The notes under the pieces were generated by a model that saw only the letters and a program-made list of their open reading frames with translations, ran no database searches and was not told the origin of the DNA. 64,000 nt of DNA from Macrostomum lignano (taxonomy: Eukaryota), in the NCBI GenBank assembly GCA_002269645.1, contig NIVC01000082.1:186001-250000 (forward strand), written 5' to 3'. A program made the translations under genes and the position numbers. Positions 13,245 through 23,669 of the stretch are shown here, in pieces. The stretch's first letter is position 1; each line of letters begins with the position of its first letter.

Positions 13245-14015
13245 AACTTTCCAGATCCTAATTGGATCCCTAAGAAATTCACTAATCCTCAGATAATCCC
13301 TCACCAAAACTTTCCTAATCTCCAGATTATCCCTCACCGAAACTTCCCTAATCCCCAGATAATCCCTCACCGAAACTTCCCTAATCCCCAGATAATCCCT
13401 CACCGAAACTTCCCTAATCCCCAGATAATCCCTCACCAAAGCTTCCCTAATCCCCAGATAATCCCACACCAAAACTTCCCTAATCTCCAGATAATTCCTC
13501 ACCGAAACTTCCCTAATCCCCAGATAATCCCACACCGAAACTTCCCTAATCCCCAGATAATTCCTCACCGAAACTTCCCTAATCCCCAGATATTTCCTCA
13601 CCGAAACTTCCCTAATCCCTAGATAATCCCTCACCAAAACTTCCCTAATCCCCAGATAATCCCTCACCAAAACTTCCCTAATCCCCAGATAATCCCTCAC
13701 CAAAACTTCCCTAATCCCCAGATAATCCCACACCAAAACTTCCCTAATCTCCAGATAATTCCTCACCGAAACTTCCCTAATCCCCAGATAATCCCACACC
13801 AAAACTTCCCTAATCCCCAGATAATCCCACACCAAAACTTCCCTAATCCCCAGATAATCCCACACCAAAACTTCCCTAATCCCCAGATAATCCCTCACCA
13901 AAACTTCCCTAATCCCCAGATAATCCCTCACCAAAACTTCCCTAATCCCCAGATAATCCCACACCAGAGCTTCCCAATCCCCAGATAATCCCTCACTAAA
14001 AATTCCCTAATCCTC
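13245..14015 (+). repeat. 33-bp minisatellite CCCCAGATAATCCCTCACCAAAACTTCCCTAAT
   Basis: Tandem 33-mers, each containing CCCTAA (TTAGGG on the minus strand). Confidence 0.95.
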
Positions 14016-14039
14016 ATATTTATCCCAACCCTCTTGTCG

Positions 14040-15462
14040 TTAATCCCTCCGCAGCCGCCGCAGACTCTTGGCTGACGCAACTGCTGACGCCGCCCGACTG
14101 CGCAGACGGTCATTCTCCTCGCGCAGCGCCGCCAGCTCGCGCCTGGCCGACACGAAGTCCCGAAAACTGACCGACAATTCATCCCCGTCGGCGTCGGCGT
14201 CAGGGTCGTTTCCTTCGCCAAGAGTGTCGGGACGACTTCGTCCTGATTTCAGCGAGCGCAGAGTCAGCAGCAGGTCGGTCTTGGCAGCCTCGAGCGCCGC
14301 GGCAGCCGAGCGCGCCTCTCTCAGCTCGGCGCCATCGCAGCGCGCCAGTCGGGACTCGAGTTGAGTCGCGCGTTCCCGCGCCGATGCCAGCTCGGCAAGG
14401 CGGCTGTCCAGCTCGACTTGTCGCTCGGCGTCAAATGCGTCGGCGGCTGCTCGCTCCGACTCGAGCTGCTCCACCTGAGTCTGTTTAAGATGGAGAGACG
14501 GCGGTTGGGGTCGGGAGCCTTAGCTGAGTATTGGTAGGTTGGCAGGCTCCATTTACAGGTAGCATGCACTCATTTTAGCGCCGCAGGCACTCATTTTAGC
14601 GCCGCAGGCACTCATTTTGGCGCCGCAGTCACTCATTTTGGCGCCGCAGGCACTCATTTTGGCGCCGCAGGCACTCATTTTGGCGCCGCAGGCACTCATT
14701 TTGGCACCGCAGGCACTCATTTTGGCGCCGCAGGCACTCATTTTGGCGCCGCAGGCACTCATTTTGGCGCCGCAGGCACTCATTTTAGCGCCCTGAGGAA
14801 AAATTTTTGTTCTCCATACCGGGTCACAATTGGTGGAGTGAGATCAAGGGACAAAGAATGGCATGCCCCCCATTATATCTTTGTGTCCCCCCTTGTCCCC
14901 TCGGTGGCGACGCCTCTGGTACTGTATATGCACCTGGAGCCATGCAACTCCCATAAAGTTCAAGCAGGCGCACCTGCAGCTTCTCCCGTCTCGCCGACGC
15001 TGCCGCCAGCGCCGCCTCCGTGTCCTTCAACGAGTCGTTCTCAGATCTTCCCGAACTGCTGTCCGTTCGATCGTCTCGACCGTCGGCTGTCGACTGCAGC
15101 GTCGTCATCGTCGCTAATTGACGCCTGGCGCCGTCTCGCTCGGCGCTAATCACCGTCAGCGCCGATGCCAGCTTGACCGATCGTTGGCGCGCACCCGCCA
15201 GCGCCTCGGCGCCGCGCCTGGCAGCCTCGGCGAGCTGCTCAATCGACGCCTCGCGTTGGCGCGCTTTCCGACAGATCGTGGCGACAGCTTCATCCGATTT
15301 GGCGCGCTCCTCTGCGCGCTGGCGCTCGGCTAGCTCGCTCTCGGCTACCAGGCGCGCCATTTGTTGCTCGTGCAGCCGGGCGAACCTGCGCGTTGTTTCC
15401 TGCGCGCATTGGCGCAGTTTCTCAGAGATCTCCAGATCGTCTGCCCTGCTACTGCTGTTCAT
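14040..15462 (-). CDS. Uncharacterised coiled-coil protein (two exons; may continue into the 8.8-13 kb exons)
   Basis: Exon 15462-14974 (ATG AAC..CTG CAG|gtgcgc) and exon from 14474 (cag|GTG GAG) join in phase 0. Ala/Glu/Arg/Leu-rich heptad pattern. First in-frame stop is TAA at 14040. Confidence 0.7.
14565..14792 (+). repeat. 21-bp minisatellite GGCGCCGCAGGCACTCATTTT
   Basis: Intronic tandem array (MSACGAK ORF artefact). Confidence 0.95.
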
Positions 15463-16014
15463 GGTCCAGGCAGCTTTCAGCAGCGGCAGTAGGAGCAGAA
15501 ATTCTGGGGATCGTTTTTTACTGTAATTGGCACTACTGTGGCTGGGTCGATCTGCACACTGTACACTGACTGGATGGCTTGCTGTATCTGTCATTGCAAA
15601 CCGCCTGCCAGCTGTGTACAGTTTGCATTAAGCTGCATATCCCCGAGGCTCAATGCTCAGCATCATCCCTTCCCATCGCTCTCTCTCTCCCCCAAAGCTC
15701 TTCCCAGGGCTATTGTTTTCTTCTTCAGTTCCGGCAAACAATGCAACAGGCTTGCAGAGAAAAAATTTTCCCTTCACAATTGTATTTCAGCCGTGGGATA
15801 CAGTCGGGAGGGTAAAAACCTGTACTTTGACTTGCTGGTACTGTACTACTAGAGAGCCACTGGCTCATATGCGGTGCCTTACTTGATCGAAGATCGTTAA
15901 GACTGAAATTCTCATTAATTATCGCGGGTATTACATTCGTTCGTACAAGATTTTTAATCAGGTTACTTAGAAATAGTTATAGCTTTGTGTTCTTTCTGGT
16001 TGCTTTCATTTTGT

Positions 16015-16790
16015 CATGCGATTTGGCTTTGAGAGATGTACATGCAGTTGCTCCATCGCCTTATCTGCCCTGTGATGTACATTTAGTTGCGTCATAGTAT
16101 TATCAGCCCAGTGATGTACATTTTGTTGCGTCATAGTCTTATCAGCCATGTGATGTACATGTAGTTGCTCCATCGCCTTATCTGCCCTGTGATGTACATT
16201 TAGTTGCGTCATAGTATTATCAGCCCTGTGATGTACATTTAGTTGCGCCATAGTCTTATCAGCCATGTGATGTACATGTAGTTGCTCCATCGCCTTATCT
16301 GCCCTGTGATGTACATTTAGTTGCGTCATAGTATTATCAGCCCTGTGATGTACATTTAGTTGCGCCATAGTCTTATCAGCCATGTGATGTACATGTAGTT
16401 GCTCTATCGCCTTACCTGCCTTGTGATGTACATTTAGTTGCGTCATAGTATTATCAGCCCAGTGATGTACATTTAGTTGCGTCATAGTCTAATCAGCCAT
16501 GTGATGTACATGTAGTTGCTCCATCGCCTTATCTGCCCTGTGATGTACATTTAGTTGCGTCATAGTATTATCAGCCCAGTGATGTACATTTAGTTGCGTC
16601 ATAGTCTAATCAGCCATGTGATGTACATGTAGTTGCTCCATCGCCTTATCTGCCCTGTGATGTACATTTAGTTGCGTCATAGTATTATCAGCCCTGTGAT
16701 GTACATTTAGTTGCGCCATAGTCTTATCAGCCATGTGATGTACATTTGATTGCGTCATAGCCTTATCTGTCCTGTGATGTATATTTACTC
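16015..16790 (+). repeat. 39-bp minisatellite with higher-order (A-B-C) periodicity
   Basis: TGATGTACAT(T/G)TAGTTGC.. units with three recurring variants (CGCCTTATCTGCCCTG, AGTATTATCAGCCC, AGTCTTATCAGCCATG). Confidence 0.93.
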
Positions 16791-17487
16791 GTAGTTGCAT
16801 CATCGCCTCTATTTTTGCCTTCTATTTTCTAGTTTCACTTTCATTCTTTTTTCTTATAAATGTAAATAGCTAGATTTAGACTGTCACATTCTATGCAATA
16901 CTACCGATGATACATGAATTAAGTAGCTTAAATAGACAGCATCATAGACAGCAAATAGACAGCTCGACTCTAAAAGGCTGTTAAACTGTAACTGACCGCA
17001 AGTACAAATGTACAGCTTGAAGAATAGAAAAGGAAGGTTGAAATACACTACTGAGTATCACTTTATATTGATTTAATCTAAATTAGCATTAGATTATAAA
17101 TTAATCTCCAAATAAGGCAATACGTTCGCAAGTGATCCAGCAGAATGTAAACAGAACTTAGAGGCGATTCTATTTATAGCACTCGACTTTGACTGCAATT
17201 CTAAAATATGAAAATGACGGCCCACAGAGGTTATAACTGACTTTTCACAGCAACACAGCAAAGTTAAGCATTGTCATGTGATAAATACGACATTGGCATG
17301 CATATATGATCAGTGATGATGATAACAATAAAATGCAAAATACTTTCATACACGGGATATGAGGATGGCATGACACATAATGATATGAGTAACTCAAAAT
17401 TAATTGAGCTAAAAACTCAGTCTGGATAAATTGTAAATCTTGCGTTTAACAAAAGTTTTGTTATAAGCTTTGATTAATAAGTTTATG

Positions 17488-18470
17488 TTTCAGGGCGATT
17501 GTTGAGGGTGTTTCAGGGCAATTGTTGAGGGTGTTTCAGGGCGATTGTTGAGAATATTGAAACAGTGATTGTTTAGGGTGTTCAGGGCGATTGTTGAGGG
17601 TGTTTCAGGGCGATTGTTGAGGGTGTTTCAGGGCGATTGTTGAGGGTGTTGAAACAGTGATTGTTGAGGGTGTTTCAGGGCGATTGTTGAGGGTGTTGAA
17701 ACAGTTATTGTTGAGGGTGTTTCAGGGCGATTGTTGAGGGTGTTTCAGGGCGATTGTTGAGGGTGTTGAAACAGTTATTGTTGAGGGTGTTTCAGGGCGA
17801 TTGTTGAGGGTGTTTCAGGGCGATTGTTGAGGGTGTTTCAGAGCGATTGTTGAGGGTGTTTCAGGGCGATTGTTGAGGGTGTTTCAGGGCGATTGTTGAG
17901 GGTGTTTCAGGGCGATTGTTGAGGGTGTTTCAGGGCAATTGTTGAGGATGTTTCAGGGCGATTGTTGAGGGTGTTTCAGGGCGATTGTTGAGGGTGTTTC
18001 AGGGCGATTGTTGAGGGGTCTTAAGGCAGTGATTGTTGAGGGGTGTTTAAGCAGCGATTGTTGAGGGGTGTTTAAGCAGCGATTGTTGAGGGTGTTTAAG
18101 CAGCGATTGTTGAGGGGTCTTAAGGCAGTGATTGTTGAGGGGTGTTTAAGCAGCGATTGTTGAGGGGTGTTTAAGCAGCGATTGTTGAGGGGTGTTTAAG
18201 CAGTGATTGTTGAGGGGTGTTTAAGCAGCGATTGTTGAGGGGTGTTTAAGCAGCGATTGTTGAGGGTGTTTAAACAGCGATTGTTGAGGGGTCTTAAGGC
18301 AGTGATTGTTGAGGGGTGTTTAAGCAGCGATTGTTGAGGGGTCTTAAGGCAGTGATTGTTGAGGGGTGTTTAAGCAGCGATTGTTGAGGGGTGTTTAAGC
18401 AGTGATTGTTGAGGGGTGTTTAAGCAGTGATTGTTGAGGGGTGTTTAAGCAGCGATCGTTGAGGGTGTTT
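17488..18470 (+). repeat. ~23-bp minisatellite with a polar gradient of variants
   Basis: CAGGGCGATTGTTGAGGGTGTTT on the left changes to AAGCAGCGATTGTTGAGGGGTGTTT on the right at about 18020. Confidence 0.93.
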
Positions 18471-18707
18471 ACAGACGACTTTAATGGGTCTTGAAAGCTG
18501 ATTCATGTGACAATTGAAGGGCCATCCTGGAAGGTAATCACGGAGACTTTTGAAGTAATTCAGAACCCATTTCACAGAGCTGGATACCTGGAAGATGGCG
18601 TTAGTTACAGAAATGATTCTATGAATAATGACAGGGTTCATTCTGAACTTGGGCCTCCAATCTAATCTAACAGATTTATTCAATGCAGTTCTCAAGTTTC
18701 AACCAAA

Positions 18708-19364
18708 CTAGGACCGGAACCAAGAGCCAAGGCCCTTCATAGACGGCCTGTCGCTTTCCTGCTGCTGGTCCAACAGCCACTGATCGTCTCTACGCGTCAA
18801 AGCTGATCTGGGGTCGCCATCGCGCTCCCCGTCAGTAGTCGAAGTCGTCACCCGACCGTCGGGAGTTTCAACCGTGGTGACGCTACTCCGCCGTCCGTCT
18901 GGACCGACCGTGGTGACAGTTCGACGAACTGTGCCGTCTGATTCTCGAACCGAGTGCTCCATCCGGCCGCTGAACCAGCTGCCGCCGCCGCCGCTGTTGA
19001 AGTCTCTTGACGGCAGCACTGGCTCGTCGGCATCCTCTCTGAACGGCTCGTCCCCCAGGCGCCAGCGAGGCTCGCTGTCCAAGTCGACGTCTCTTCGATC
19101 AGCTGGCAACGGAACCGGCGGCAGCGTCGATTTCGGCTCCGGTGTCGACTTCAACAGGCGATCTCGAGGATTGGTTGAAGAGCCCGACGATTCGTTGGGA
19201 TTGTTCAGAGGCGGCTGCTCCGAGCGAGGAAACAGAGGCCACTGCCAGCCGTTGTCGTGCCTGGCGTCGTCCATGCCCGGTCCAAGCAGGAACGAATCCA
19301 GCTGGCGCATCATCTCGTCCATTTGTTGGAAAAGCGACTCAAAATTCGGCGGACCACCGTTCAT
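18708..19364 (-). CDS. HAX1: HCLS1-associated protein X-1 (HAX1)-like, single coding exon, 218 aa
   Basis: FESLFQQMDEMMRQL, RDRLLK, DRRDVDLDS and FSGRMEHSVRESDGTVRRTVTTVGPDGRRSSVTT parallel HAX1 ([46 protein letters not shown]). Acceptor ctgcag| at 19388 lies 23 nt before the ATG. AATAAA on the minus strand at ~18680-18675. Confidence 0.75.
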   Translation of the reverse strand: MNGGPPNFESLFQQMDEMMRQLDSFLLGPGMDDARHDNGWQWPLFPRSEQPPLNNPNESSGSSTNPRDRLLKSTPEPKSTLPPVPLPADRRDVDLDSEPRWRLGDEPFREDADEPVLPSRDFNSGGGGSWFSGRMEHSVRESDGTVRRTVTTVGPDGRRSSVTTVETPDGRVTTSTTDGERDGDPRSALTRRDDQWLLDQQQESDRPSMKGLGSWFRS

Positions 19365-19439
19365 AGCGAATCTCTGCTTGAGCTGAGCTGCAGGAATGCG
19401 ATTGAGATCCACGATTTGGGATTGGGGTTAGGCTTGTAA

Positions 19440-20110
19440 TGATTTGGAATTATTGGATTCGGACTATGGGATTTGGGACTATGGGATTTTGGACTATGGG
19501 ATTTTTTATTTGGGACTATGGGATTTGGGACTATGGGATTTGTGATTTGGGACTATGGGATTTGAGACTATGGGATTTGGGACTATGGGATTTGTGATTT
19601 GGGACTATGGGATTTGAGACTATGGGATTTGGGACTATGGGATTTGTGATTTGGGACTATGGGATTTGGGACTATGGGATTTGTGATTTGGGACTATGGG
19701 ATTTGGGACTATGGGATTTGTGACTATTGGATTTGGGACTATGGGATTTGTGACTATGGGATTTGTGACTATTGGATTTCGGACTTGGGATTTGGGACTG
19801 TGGGATTTGGGACTGTGGGATTTGTGACTATTGGATTTGAAACTATGGGATTTGGGACTTGAGATTTGGGACTGTGGGATTGGTGATTATTGGATTTGTG
19901 ACTACGAGTCACGAGGACTATGGGACTTGGGACCATAGGATTTGGGACTATTGGGATTTGAGACCATTGGGATTTGAGACCATGGGATTTGGGACTATGG
20001 GATTCAAAATTATGGGATTTGGAACTATAGGGTTCGAAACAATGGGATTTGAGACTGTGAGATGTGGGACGATTGGATTTGGGAGAATGGGATTTGAGAA
20101 CATGGATTTA
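19440..20110 (+). repeat. ~15-bp G-rich minisatellite GGGATTTGGGACTAT (degenerating)
   Basis: Tandem units directly upstream of the HAX1-like acceptor. Confidence 0.9.
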
Positions 20111-20809
20111 GGACTCCAGAATTGGGAATTATCAGAACTATTTCTAATTCAGTTTAAAAAACTAAACAAAATGTTCTCAACTAAATTTAAAAACAATAAA
20201 AGAATCAATCAGCATTATGAAAATATAATAGCAATTAACAAAATTACTCCTTAATAATAAATTTACATAAACTTTGCTATTTACTAGCTAATGCCGATAA
20301 CAGCGCATTATTTAGACTTGCTTGAATAATTAGCAAAATTAGAAGATTCTTTGAATTGTATCTGAAATATAATTAGTTTAATATCAGACTCTGAATTTAA
20401 AAAAGATTTTTATTTAAATATCAAACATAAAAAAAATCAAAGTTAACAAAAGATTTCATCAACATTATTGATGCTATATCCCTAGCACCAATATGAGTAC
20501 CACCCGCTCCTTCAAGGATTACTGGATGTTGAAATTCTGACTATGAAGTTTTATAGAAAGTTTAAAAGTACAATATTAGTATCGACTGTATAATATAATT
20601 TTTAGTGATAAAAATTTGCTGGTTAGGTTACTATAAAACAGGGCATTATGGACAGAATATATGTACAGTAATTACTACGTTAATTAGAAAACTGCAGGTG
20701 AATCAGTGCTGAACATAAGTTGAAAGTACTTTCATTTATGGTGATTTACTAAAAAATCAAAATGAGGCTTCTGCGAATTTTGTTTGGGATTTGCGAATAT
20801 GGATATCCT

Positions 20810-21720
20810 GATTGGGGATTGGGATTCTTAGAATGGGGATTGGGATTCTTAGAATCGGGATTGGGATTCTTAGAATCGGGCTTGGGATTCTTAGAATCGG
20901 GATTGGGATTCTTAGAATCGGGATTGGGATTCTTAGAATCGGGATTGGGATTCTTAGAATCGGGCTTGGGATTCTTAGAGTCGGGATTGGGATTCTTAAA
21001 ATCGGGATTGGGATTCTTAGAGTCGGGATTGGAATTCTTAGAGTCGGGATTGGGATTCTTATAATCGGGATTGGGATTCTTGGAGTCGGGATTGGGATTC
21101 TTAGAGTCGGGATTGGGATTCTTATAATCGGGATTGGGATTCTTGGAGTCGGGATTGGGATTCTTAGAGTCGGAATTGGGATCCTTAAAATCGGGATTGG
21201 GATTATTAGAGTCGGGATTGGGATTCTCAGAGTCGGAATTGGGATCCTTAAAATCGGGATTGGGATTCTTAGAGTCGGGATTGGAATTCTTAGAGTCGGG
21301 ATTGGGATCCTTAGAGTCGGAATTGGGATCCTTAAAATCGGGATTGGGATTCTTAGAGTCGGGATTGGGATTCTCAGAGTCGGAATTGAGATCCTTAAAA
21401 TCGGGATTGGGATTCTTAGAGTCGGGATTGGGATCCTTAGAGTCGGGATTGGGATCCTTAGAGTCGGGATTGGGATCCTTAAAATCGGGATTGGGATTAT
21501 TAGAGTCGGGATTGGGATTCTTAGAGTCGGAATTGGGATCCTTAAAATCGGGATTGGGATTATTAGAGTCGGGATTGGGATTCTTAGAGTCGGGATTGGG
21601 ATTCTTAGAGTCGGGATTGGGATCCTTAGAATCGGGATTGGGATCTTTGAGTCGGGATTGGGATCCTTAGAATCGGGATTGGGATCTTTGAGTCGGGATT
21701 GGGATTCCTGGAATCGGGAC
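20810..21720 (+). repeat. 21-bp minisatellite GGGATTGGGATTCTTAGAGTC
   Basis: Tandem array; explains the IGIGILR and GLGFLES ORFs. Confidence 0.95.
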
Positions 21721-22417
21721 CGGACAGCTCAATAAGACAGACGTGCCATGATTTACTCTATTTTTCCTATTCAATTACTATAAACTCGAAAAAGAACACA
21801 AAAGGCAGAAAAGGTCTGGGCAATCAAAAGTTTAAATCAGACAATCAAAAACAAATTTCAGAAAATTTATTACAAAATAAAAAATGTATTACTAAAGGGA
21901 CACTGGCTTTAAATCATAGTTTAAAGCGATTAACAAATGAAACAATTTTTATTGGTTTAAAATTTTTAATTGTATTGACTAACAGTGAGAAGTTGAAAAT
22001 CACAAAAATATTCGATATAGATTTATGGTAGGGCTAGCAGGAGAGATAATTTGTTTATTTATAGACTGCAAAATGAAGAGCACAGTGGAGAACAGCACAA
22101 GATTGCAAGGGCAGACGAGAGGATAGGTAAGCAATCCCACTTAGCTAGAATACAAAACAACTAGCAAACAGGAAAATCATGCCTGCTACATGTTATAACA
22201 TTAAAATGGAAACCTCTCTTTATAAATAGCTTTAACCATAAAAACATGTAGACACACCTGCCTACAGATGGAAATACAAAATATTACTCGGGGTTTAAAA
22301 ATAAATATCAGGTGAAGAGTGTCACTGCCTTCCTAAATATCTTCTGATTAGTAGAAGCATAGGACAAAAGAGAAGTAAAATGAGAAACATCTGCACAGAG
22401 AGTACATAGACTCGGGG

Positions 22418-22865
22418 ATCTGGGAGGCTAGCCCAGCAACTGACACTCTGGGAGGCTGGCCCAGCAACTGACACTCTGGGAGGCTGGCCCAGCAACTGAC
22501 ACTCTGGGAGGCTGGCCCAGCAATTGAGGATCTGGGAGGCTGGCCCAGCAACTGAGGATCTGGGAGGCTGGCCCAGCAACTGACACTCTGGGAGGCTGGC
22601 CCAGCAACTGACACTCTGGGAGGCTGGCCCAGCAACTGACACTCTGGGAGGCTGGCCCAGCAACTGACACTCTGGGAGGCTGGCCCAGCAATTGAGGATC
22701 TGGGAGGCTGGCCCAGCAACTGAGGATCTGGGAGGCTGGCCCAGCAACTGACACTCTGGGAGGCTGGCCCAGCAACTGACACTCTGGGAGGCTGGCCCAG
22801 CAACTGACACTCTGGGAGGCTGGCCCAGCAACTGACACTCTGGGAGGCTGGCCCAGCAACTGACG
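22418..22865 (-). repeat. 28-bp minisatellite, same family as 742-1490, inverted
   Basis: Reverse complement reads GTTGCTGGGCCAGCCTCCCAG+AGTGTCA/ATCCTCA. Confidence 0.95.
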
Positions 22866-23161
22866 ATCTGCCATGATAACTGCAGAACGGTAGATACAAC
22901 AGATAGCCGCATCTTTAAAGGGATTATAAAACACTTTAACTAATAACGGTTACCAAGCCCAGAAAAACAGGGGTAAAATATCGAGCATTCAATCAATATC
23001 TTTATGTGCGTGCAATAGAGATAAATAGATACACTTAAGAAAATAAACATATTTAATTAAGTACAATATGAGAAATTATTTGGTATATACCTTAAGACAC
23101 AACGCGTTAAGGAAAGAGTCACGGGTAATACAGAAGAATATACAGCCAGACTACCCAGACA

Positions 23162-23163
23162 CG

Positions 23164-23209
<46 letters not shown>

Positions 23210-23210
23210 A

Positions 23211-23255
<45 letters not shown>

Positions 23256-23256
23256 C

Positions 23257-23293
<37 letters not shown>

Positions 23294-23296
23294 GAC

Positions 23297-23381
<85 letters not shown>

Positions 23382-23428
23382 GACACAGACAGACAGACAG
23401 AGACACAGACAGACAGACAGACAGAGAC

Positions 23429-23525
<97 letters not shown>
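23162..23525 (+). repeat. (GACA)n microsatellite
   Basis: Long GACA tetranucleotide run with rare GACACA interruptions. Confidence 0.97.
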
Positions 23526-23669
23526 TCTATAGTATTTCACTAAGCTACGAAGCGCAGAACAAGCGATCAATCAGGTAATTTATGTATAAAAAACTGCCAC
23601 AATAGGATAGAAATTCTGTTTCTAGCAACTCAGCAAAATCTCTAATGCCAATGAGGAACATAATTATTA

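Noticed and set aside
20812-21735. 307-aa Gly/Ile-rich ORF resembling a membrane or structural protein
   Set aside because: 21-bp tandem array read-through.
23545-23580. Plus-strand micro-exon-like segment (aag|CTACGA..CAG|gtaatt)
   Set aside because: No partner exons on that strand; just 3' of Homer on the opposite strand, likely chance.
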